A DNA stretch of 64,000 bases from an uncultured Acidimicrobiales bacterium. GTDB lineage: Bacteria; Actinomycetota; Acidimicrobiia; Acidimicrobiales; UBA8190. Each line of letters starts with the position of its first letter. The stretch's first letter is position 1. The translations under genes and the position numbers were made by a program. Where the stretch lies: assembly GCA_963794615.1 (NCBI GenBank), contig CAWCEP010000010.1, forward strand, positions 43,221-107,220, in the 5' to 3' direction. The notes beneath the pieces were generated by a model that saw nothing but the letters and a program-made list of their open reading frames with translations, was not told the origin of the DNA and ran no database searches. Below, in pieces: positions 56,832 through 64,000 of the stretch.

Positions 56832-57890
56832 ATGACCGACGTCCAGTCTGACGTCGAGGCCGCCACCGAGGCGACGGCCTCCGAGGTTGGTGGCGCGACG
56901 GCGACGACGGACCCGCTCGCCGACCAGATCGCCCGGCGGGCCGAGCGCATCGCCCGACGGTCGAAGCCGACCCGGGTCGTCGCCGCCCGGGTCAGCATCT
57001 GGCTGCGCCTCGCCGAGTTGTGGCGTGCCCGGGAGCTGTTCTTCTTCTTGGTCCGCAAGGAGATCAAGGTCAAGTACAAGAATTCGGCGCTCGGCTTCTT
57101 GTGGTCCATGCTCAACCCGGCACTGACCCTGGCCGTCTTCTACGTCCTGTTCACCTTCTTCCTCCCCAACGGGATCCCCAACTTCGTCATCTACATGTTC
57201 TCGGCCATGCTGGTCTGGAACCTCTTCCAGACCGCCGTGCTCACCGGGACCAGCACCATCGTGTCCAACGCGGCCATCGTGAAGAAGGTCGCCTTCCCGC
57301 GCGAGATCCTCTCCCTCGCCGCGGTCGGGTCCGCCTTCATGTTCTTCTTGTTCCAGTCCATCGTCCTGCTCGCTTTCATGATCGCCTTTTGGCACCGGCC
57401 CGACTGGAGCGCGCTCTGGCTCGTCGTCCCCGCCTTGGCGGCCATCGTGGTGTTCTCCGCTGCGCTGGCGGTCTTCCTCTCCGCGGTGAACGTCTATCTG
57501 CGCGACACCCAGCATCTGGTCGAGGTCGTCTTGATGGCGTGGTTCTGGGCCATCCCCGGCATCTACGCCTACTCGGGTCGGGTCCACGACGGCCTGGTGA
57601 AGCACACCATCTTCGGCATCCCCGGTACCCACCTGATCTGGCTGTACTTCGCCAACCCGGTGAGCCCGGTGGTGATGACGTTCCAGCGCGTCTTCTACAA
57701 CGTGGTCCACCCCCGCTCGACGCTGGCCTCCCAGCACCATCGGCTCATCCCCGACGGGGTCATGGCGTCGTACGGCATCCACTGGTACGTGGCGACGGAC
57801 CTCATCGTCCTGGGGGTGTCGCTCGTGCTCCTGGTGGGCGCCATGGTCGTGTTCGGGCGGCTCGAAGGCAACTTCGCCGAGGAGCTCTGA
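56832..57890 (+). CDS. ABC-2 type polysaccharide/teichoic-acid export permease (Wzm/TagG-like)
   Basis: 'RELFFFLVRKEIKVKYKNSALGFLWSMLNP' is the ABC-2 signature region. Six hydrophobic segments. Confidence 0.85.
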   Translation: MTDVQSDVEAATEATASEVGGATATTDPLADQIARRAERIARRSKPTRVVAARVSIWLRLAELWRARELFFFLVRKEIKVKYKNSALGFLWSMLNPALTLAVFYVLFTFFLPNGIPNFVIYMFSAMLVWNLFQTAVLTGTSTIVSNAAIVKKVAFPREILSLAAVGSAFMFFLFQSIVLLAFMIAFWHRPDWSALWLVVPALAAIVVFSAALAVFLSAVNVYLRDTQHLVEVVLMAWFWAIPGIYAYSGRVHDGLVKHTIFGIPGTHLIWLYFANPVSPVVMTFQRVFYNVVHPRSTLASQHHRLIPDGVMASYGIHWYVATDLIVLGVSLVLLVGAMVVFGRLEGNFAEEL

Positions 57891-57897
57891 GCTCGAC

Positions 57898-59118
<1,221 letters not shown>

Positions 59119-59132
59119 ACCCGGTCGATCCG

Positions 59133-61370
59133 ATGTTCCGCCCCGGCCGCCGCCCCCGTCGCCGTCGCCTGGTCCCAGGGGTCGTGCTCGTGGGTCTCGG
59201 ACTCGCCGTCACGGTCGGCGCCTCGCCCCCGACGGTGGACGGCGCCGCGCAGCCCCGGGTGTCGCCCACCTTCACCTTGACGTGGTCGACCGGCCCTCTC
59301 GCCGACCAGGGGAGCCCGATCGCGGAGTCCTCCCCGGGGGTGGCGACCCTCGACGCCGGTGGCCCGGCCGTCGTCGTCGGCGACCGCAACGGATCGGTGT
59401 ACGCGTACCACGTCGCCGACGGATCACCGGTGGCGGGATGGCCCGCCTCCGACGGTGGTATCCCCATCGACTCGTCTCCGTCGGTGTTGGCCACGACGGG
59501 TGGACTGGATTCGGTCTTCGTGGGCACCGGCAATGCGGCTGACCCCGGCCAGGGTGGGTACGACGCCTTCGCGGCGTCGGGGGCGCCGCTGTGGTTCACC
59601 CCGGTGACCGATCCTCCCAGCGATGCCGAGCCCGCCGCCGGTGTCCAGGCGTCGATGACGGTGGCCGACCTCCAGGGCACGGCGAGCGTCGTGGCCGGTT
59701 CCCTCGACCAGGAGGAGTACGCGCTCGACGCGTCCACGGGGGCGACGCTGCGGGGCTGGCCCTTGTTCACCTCCGACAGTGTGTTCTCGACCGCCGCGGT
59801 GGGCGACCTCTACGGCACGGCCACCGCGGACATCGTCGAGGGCGGGGACCAGAGCAGCGGCTTCGCCGTCGGCCGCCACTACCAGCAGGGCGGCCACCTT
59901 CGCATCGTCAACCAGAACGGCGGCGTCATCTGCGACGCGCCGACCACCCAGACCGTGGACTCTTCACCCGCGGTCGGGCCCTTCCTGTCGGGTGGGGCGA
60001 CGGGCATCGCGGTGGGAACGGGAGCGTTCTTCGCCGGTGCCACCGACACCGACGCCGTGAAGTCCTTCGACACCGACTGCTACCAGGTCTGGTCCCGGAC
60101 CCTCGACGGCGCCACCACCAGCAGCCCGGCCCTCGCCGATGTGACCGGGAGCGGACGGCTCGACGTGGTCGAGGGCACCGACGCCGGCACGGGCGGCTCG
60201 GTGTGGGTCCTCGACGGGGCGACGGGGGCCACGGTGTGGCAGGCGCCGGTGGTGGGGCGCGTCATCGGGTCGGTGGTGGTCGCCGATCTGGCCGGGACGA
60301 GCAACCAGGACGTCCTCGTTCCCACCACGGCCGGGGTCGAGATCCTGGACGGGGCGTCGGGAACCGAGTTGACCGTGCTCAGTCCCGACCTCGGATTCCA
60401 GAACTCGCCGCTCGTCACCGACGATCCCAACGGGGACGTCGGGATCACGGTGGCGGGATACGACGGCACCAACCGGGGAGAGATCCGGCACTACGAGATC
60501 CTCGGCTCCGACGGTGCGTCGGCCGTCGGCCCCACGTCGTGGCCGATGTTCCACCACGACCCGCAGCGCAGTGGCGTCACCGGTGCCCTCGCGCCGCCGC
60601 CGTCGTGCTCGGTGCCCTCGGGCGCCTATACGGGGTACACCCTGGCGTCGGCCGACGGCGGGGCCTTCGACTTCGCCAGCCCGTTCTGCGGGTCGGCCGG
60701 GGGGTTGCGGTTGCGGGCGCCCGTCGTGGGCATGGCCACGGCACCCGACAGCGGGGGCTACTGGCTGGTGGGGGCGGACGGGGGGGTCTTCGCCTATGGC
60801 GGCGCCCAGTACTACGGCTCGATGGGCGGCACGGCGCTCGCCCGACCGGTGGTCGCCATGGCGGCCACCCGCGACGGCCACGGCTACTGGCTCGTCGGGG
60901 CCGACGGGGGGGTGTTCGCCTTCGGAGACGCCGGCTACTTCGGCACGGTCTCGAACCTGCATCTGGCCGCGCCCGTGGTGGGCATGGCCGCGTCCCTCGA
61001 CGGCGAGGGCTACTGGCTCGTCGGGGCCGACGGGGGGGTGTTCGCCTTCGGCGACGCCCAATACTTCGGCTCGATGGCCAAGCACCGACTGAAAGCGCCC
61101 GTGGTGGGCCTCGCCGTCGACGTCGCCACGGCCGGCTACTGGCTCGTCGCCGCCGACGGCGGGGTCTTCGGCTTCGGTGGCACGTTCTACGGTTCGCTGG
61201 GCGCGCTCACCCTGGCGCGTCCCATCGTCGGCATGGCGGCGACCGACGACGGGTACGGCTACTGGTTGGTGGGCGCTGACGGTGGTGTCTTCGCCTTCGG
61301 CGATGCTCCCTTCGACGGCTCGATGGCCCAGACCCGTCTCGCCGCCCCGGTCCGCGCCATCGCGCCCTGA
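59133..61370 (+). CDS. secreted protein with an FG-GAP/PQQ-like N-terminal propeller and six C-terminal 41-42-aa 'GYWLVGADGGVF' repeats
   Basis: Arg-rich signal 'MFRPGRRPRRRRLVPGVVLVGLGLAV'. 'VGDRNGSVYAYHVADGSPVAGWP', 'VGDLYGTATADIVEGGD', 'LADVTGSGRLDVVEGTD' and 'VADLAGTSNQDVLV' are FG-GAP-like. C-terminal repeats are described below. Confidence 0.8.
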   Translation: MFRPGRRPRRRRLVPGVVLVGLGLAVTVGASPPTVDGAAQPRVSPTFTLTWSTGPLADQGSPIAESSPGVATLDAGGPAVVVGDRNGSVYAYHVADGSPVAGWPASDGGIPIDSSPSVLATTGGLDSVFVGTGNAADPGQGGYDAFAASGAPLWFTPVTDPPSDAEPAAGVQASMTVADLQGTASVVAGSLDQEEYALDASTGATLRGWPLFTSDSVFSTAAVGDLYGTATADIVEGGDQSSGFAVGRHYQQGGHLRIVNQNGGVICDAPTTQTVDSSPAVGPFLSGGATGIAVGTGAFFAGATDTDAVKSFDTDCYQVWSRTLDGATTSSPALADVTGSGRLDVVEGTDAGTGGSVWVLDGATGATVWQAPVVGRVIGSVVVADLAGTSNQDVLVPTTAGVEILDGASGTELTVLSPDLGFQNSPLVTDDPNGDVGITVAGYDGTNRGEIRHYEILGSDGASAVGPTSWPMFHHDPQRSGVTGALAPPPSCSVPSGAYTGYTLASADGGAFDFASPFCGSAGGLRLRAPVVGMATAPDSGGYWLVGADGGVFAYGGAQYYGSMGGTALARPVVAMAATRDGHGYWLVGADGGVFAFGDAGYFGTVSNLHLAAPVVGMAASLDGEGYWLVGADGGVFAFGDAQYFGSMAKHRLKAPVVGLAVDVATAGYWLVAADGGVFGFGGTFYGSLGALTLARPIVGMAATDDGYGYWLVGADGGVFAFGDAPFDGSMAQTRLAAPVRAIAP
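60633..61367 (+). repeat. six diverged protein-level repeats (41-42 aa) homologous to the 43-aa unit at 26551-27306
   Basis: The consensus 'GYWLVGADGGVFAFGDAxYFGSMxxxxLxAPVVGMAAxxDGx' appears six times. Compare the island unit 'GGYLLVGSDGGVYAFGNATFHGSVPGLGIHVSDIVGIAPTSDG'. Confidence 0.85.
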
Positions 61371-61401
61371 ACCGACGGCCGGCCATGTGTCGGTGGGTAC
61401 A

Positions 61402-62490
61402 ATGCCGCCGGTGCGCGTCGACCAGGTGATCCCTTCGCTCGCCAGTCGCGACGCGATCGGTGTGCACACCGTGGCGATCACCGAGGCGTTGCGCACCGTC
61501 GGGATCGAGTCGGACATCTTCTACGGCGAGTGCACGCGCGACCTCGCTGACCGGGCGAGGCCCATGAGCAGCCTGGGCCGGCCGGGCAAGCACCGGTGGT
61601 TGATGTACCAGGCGTCGATCGGCAGCCCCGTGTTCGATATCTTCGCCAGCCGGTCCGAGCCCAAGCTCCTCAACTACCACAACATCACCCCGGCGGTGCT
61701 CCTCGACGGGTGGGAGCCCGCCGTCGGCCACGAGGTGACCCTCGGTCGCTCCCAGGTCACGCGGGTGGCGGGGGAATGCCGTCTCGCCATCGCCGATTCC
61801 GCCTTCAACGAGGAGGAGCTGCGCGACGTCGGCTTTCGGCACACCGCCGTGGCGCCGCTGCTCATCGACATGACCGCGGCGGCGGAGCCCGATCCCGTGT
61901 TGTCGCGCCGCCTGGTGGCCGCCCAGGGCGACGGTGGTCCCGACTTCCTGTTCGTCGGCAAGGTGTCTCCGCACAAGGCCCAACACGACCTCGTCAAGAT
62001 GCTGGCCCTGTACCGCCGCCTCTACAACGACCGGGCCCGGCTCCATCTCGTCGGCACGCCGCTCGGCAAGACCTACGGGCCCGCCCTGTCGGCGTTCATC
62101 GCCGAGCTGGGCCTGAGCGAGGCGGTGTCGATCACGGGGACGGTGTCCCCGGCGGAGCTCGAGTCCTACTACCGCGAAGCCGACGTGTTCGTGTGCGCAT
62201 CGGAGCACGAGGGATTCTGCGTCCCCCTGGTCGAGGCCATGGGACACGGGCTCCCCGTCGTCGCCTACTCGAGCGCGGCGGTCCCCGAGACCGTCGCCGA
62301 TGCCGGGCTGCTGCTGTCGACGAAGGACCCCCTGCTCTTCGCGGCGTCGGTGCACAGGGTGGTCGAAGACGCCCGCCTGCGCACCCAGTTCGTGGAGGCG
62401 GGCCGCCGCCGGGCCGAGGACTTCTCGCTCTCGAAGGCGCGCCGGCGCTTCGTCGACCTCCTCGTCGACGCGCTGGGATCGACGCCGTGA
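61402..62490 (+). CDS. GT4-family glycosyltransferase
   Basis: The C-terminal 'ADVFVCASEHEGFCVPLVEAMGHGLPVVAY' is the E-x7-E motif of the GT-B/GT4 family. Confidence 0.8.
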   Translation: MPPVRVDQVIPSLASRDAIGVHTVAITEALRTVGIESDIFYGECTRDLADRARPMSSLGRPGKHRWLMYQASIGSPVFDIFASRSEPKLLNYHNITPAVLLDGWEPAVGHEVTLGRSQVTRVAGECRLAIADSAFNEEELRDVGFRHTAVAPLLIDMTAAAEPDPVLSRRLVAAQGDGGPDFLFVGKVSPHKAQHDLVKMLALYRRLYNDRARLHLVGTPLGKTYGPALSAFIAELGLSEAVSITGTVSPAELESYYREADVFVCASEHEGFCVPLVEAMGHGLPVVAYSSAAVPETVADAGLLLSTKDPLLFAASVHRVVEDARLRTQFVEAGRRRAEDFSLSKARRRFVDLLVDALGSTP

Positions 62491-62537
62491 CCGAGGCGGC
62501 GCTCAGTCGTCGTGGTGAGGGCCGGTCGTCGGTCTGA

Positions 62538-63746
62538 TCACGGGCCGCCGTCGCCAACGGGGGCCGTGTCCCAGACCTTGTCGACACCGGCCCAACGGTC
62601 CCACACGGCGCGCGGCGTCGTGGTCCAGTGCCGCCGCAGGCGCAGCCGCGACGCCAGCGCCCAGGGAAGCTTGGTGAGCACCGCCTTGCGGAGCTCGGGC
62701 CCGGGGTCGTCGTGCCTGGCGCGCCACAGGGCATGGCCCGCCACATCGACGGGAGCATTGCGCACCAGGCACAGCAGGGCGTTGCGCTGGGCCAGGAACC
62801 GGACCATGGGGGAGCGTGGTCCGTCGCTCGTCGCCGACAGACGGTGGCGCACCGTCGCCGACGGGTCGTAGAGGATCCGCAACCCGGCCAGTCGGGCGCG
62901 CAGGCACCAGTCGGTGTCCTCGTTGTAGGCGAAGAACTGCGGGGACAGCCCACCCAGGCGGCGCAGGGTCTCGGCCCTGAACACCGGGGCGGTGCCGCTG
63001 AAGCCGAAGCGCTCGGCGGCGTGGTCGAAGCGTCCGTCATCGGGCGCACCCAAGCCGTACTCGCCCGCGACGCCGTGCCGTTCGAGATAGGAGCCGGCGT
63101 GATTGACGAGGCGGCACGTGGTGCGCACCGGGACCGGCGCACCGTTCACGGCGACAACGCCGAGGTGGGCGGGGTCGGCGACGGGGACGTAGAAAGGACG
63201 GCGTCCCGAGGTCCATCGCCATCGCGTCTCCTCGCCGTCGACCACGGCCCGCTCCGCGTCGTAGACCCCGGCCCCCTTGACGGCGTCGAGGACATCGACC
63301 CCGTCCACCGTCACCGATCGGAGCTGTCGTCCCAGCGGCCGGGCGTCGCCGACGGCGCGCCACGGCTCGTCGTCGAGGATGATCTCGGCGTACTCCCCGT
63401 CGAGGACCACCTTCGGCGTGACGGCGGCCACCGTCGGATCGGCCAGGGCGGCGCGCGCCGCCTCGATCCAACCCGGACCGGCCACGGCGTCGTCGTTGAG
63501 GAGGGCGACGAGCGCACCCCGGGCATGGCGCAGGCCCAGCTCGACGCCTCCCGCGAACCCGAGATTGACGGCGGATCGCACCACCTCGGCGCCCATGGGG
63601 GCGGCGACGGCCGTGGCCCGTGCGGCGGCCGACCCGTTGTCGACGACGACGACCTGGGTGGCCTGGGCCAGGGCCGAGGCCACGCACGGGCCCAGCCAGT
63701 CCCCGGGGCGATACGAGACGACGACCACCGACGAATCCGGTGGCAT
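62538..63746 (-). CDS. GT2-family glycosyltransferase (rhamnosyltransferase-like)
   Basis: 'VVVVSYRPGDWLGPCVASAL', 'LLNDDAV' and 'FFAYNEDTDWCLRARLAG'. The ATG at 63746 overlaps the upstream stop (ATGA). Confidence 0.85.
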   Translation of the reverse strand: MPPDSSVVVVSYRPGDWLGPCVASALAQATQVVVVDNGSAAARATAVAAPMGAEVVRSAVNLGFAGGVELGLRHARGALVALLNDDAVAGPGWIEAARAALADPTVAAVTPKVVLDGEYAEIILDDEPWRAVGDARPLGRQLRSVTVDGVDVLDAVKGAGVYDAERAVVDGEETRWRWTSGRRPFYVPVADPAHLGVVAVNGAPVPVRTTCRLVNHAGSYLERHGVAGEYGLGAPDDGRFDHAAERFGFSGTAPVFRAETLRRLGGLSPQFFAYNEDTDWCLRARLAGLRILYDPSATVRHRLSATSDGPRSPMVRFLAQRNALLCLVRNAPVDVAGHALWRARHDDPGPELRKAVLTKLPWALASRLRLRRHWTTTPRAVWDRWAGVDKVWDTAPVGDGGP

Positions 63747-64000
63747 CAGCGGGTGGCGACGACGTTCCCGTAGGGCAGGTCGAGGAGCTGGTTGCGTTCG
63801 ACGGACGCGAGGTCGTCTTCGAGGAGGCGAAAGCGCAGTCCGTGCCCCTCGAGAAGATCGATGAGCGCCTCGGCCTTGTCGCCGACCCCTTCCATGAGGG
63901 CGGGAGCCCACTCGAACATCACGGCGATCCTCGGGCTCGCCTCGAGCGTTCGGGTCAGCCCGGTGAAGGCCTGGAGCTCGGCACCTTCGATATCCATCTT
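63746..64000 (-). CDS. FkbM-family methyltransferase, C-terminal part (N-terminus beyond window)
   Basis: 'DIEGAELQAFTGL' matches the FkbM 'K[IM]D[IV]EGAE' motif. The ORF runs off the right edge. Confidence 0.65.
   Translation of the reverse strand, partial: KMDIEGAELQAFTGLTRTLEASPRIAVMFEWAPALMEGVGDKAEALIDLLEGHGLRFRLLEDDLASVERNQLLDLPYGNVVATR

Overview
The window looks like a high-G+C Actinomycetota-type chromosome. The order mec-cysO-cysM ... murI / MBL hydrolase / rph / rdgB mirrors the Mycobacterium tuberculosis Rv1334-Rv1341 neighbourhood. I cannot assign a taxon below phylum.

The window splits at about nt 37,240.

(1) nt 1-37,240 is visibly AT-richer accessory DNA, judged by eye and not computed. 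It carries small secreted proteins, lipoproteins and membrane proteins, three DinB-fold proteins, an APH-type kinase, TetR, methyltransferases, an SRA-like/HNH nuclease, IS30 and IS110 debris, and several frameshifted genes. A recombinase-like gene coupled to a DDE transposase sits at its right end.

About 35 kb of this region (2105-37236) is bracketed by imperfect direct repeats of about 120 bp. The right copy ends 10 bp from the 3' end of the tmRNA gene. I interpret this as an ssrA-associated genomic island, probably one of a tandem series.

(2) nt 37,246-64,000 is core DNA:
- ssrA-smpB
- the CysO-dependent cysteine pathway
- a family-1 encapsulin operon with an encapsulated-ferritin cargo
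- murI-rph-rdgB
- a lipid/acyl-CoA cluster
- an ABC-F ATPase, tRNA-Leu(UAG) and clpP
- a Wzm/Wzt-type glycan export locus with glycosyltransferases

The most unusual signals are:
(a) An island-borne secreted protein whose C-terminus is six copies of a 43-aa blade-like repeat, encoded by a 129-bp tandem array (5.86 units) that I read as base-perfect. A diverged six-repeat homologue sits in the core glycan locus.
(b) A sharply localised run of about 17 or more reading-frame breaks in six consecutive genes (46.6-52.3 kb). The roughly 21 kb of flanking core genes are intact.
(c) The ssrA trailer and direct-repeat architecture.

I found no CRISPR array, no rRNA and no prophage structural module. 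All family assignments come from motif recognition by eye and need HMM or BLAST confirmation.
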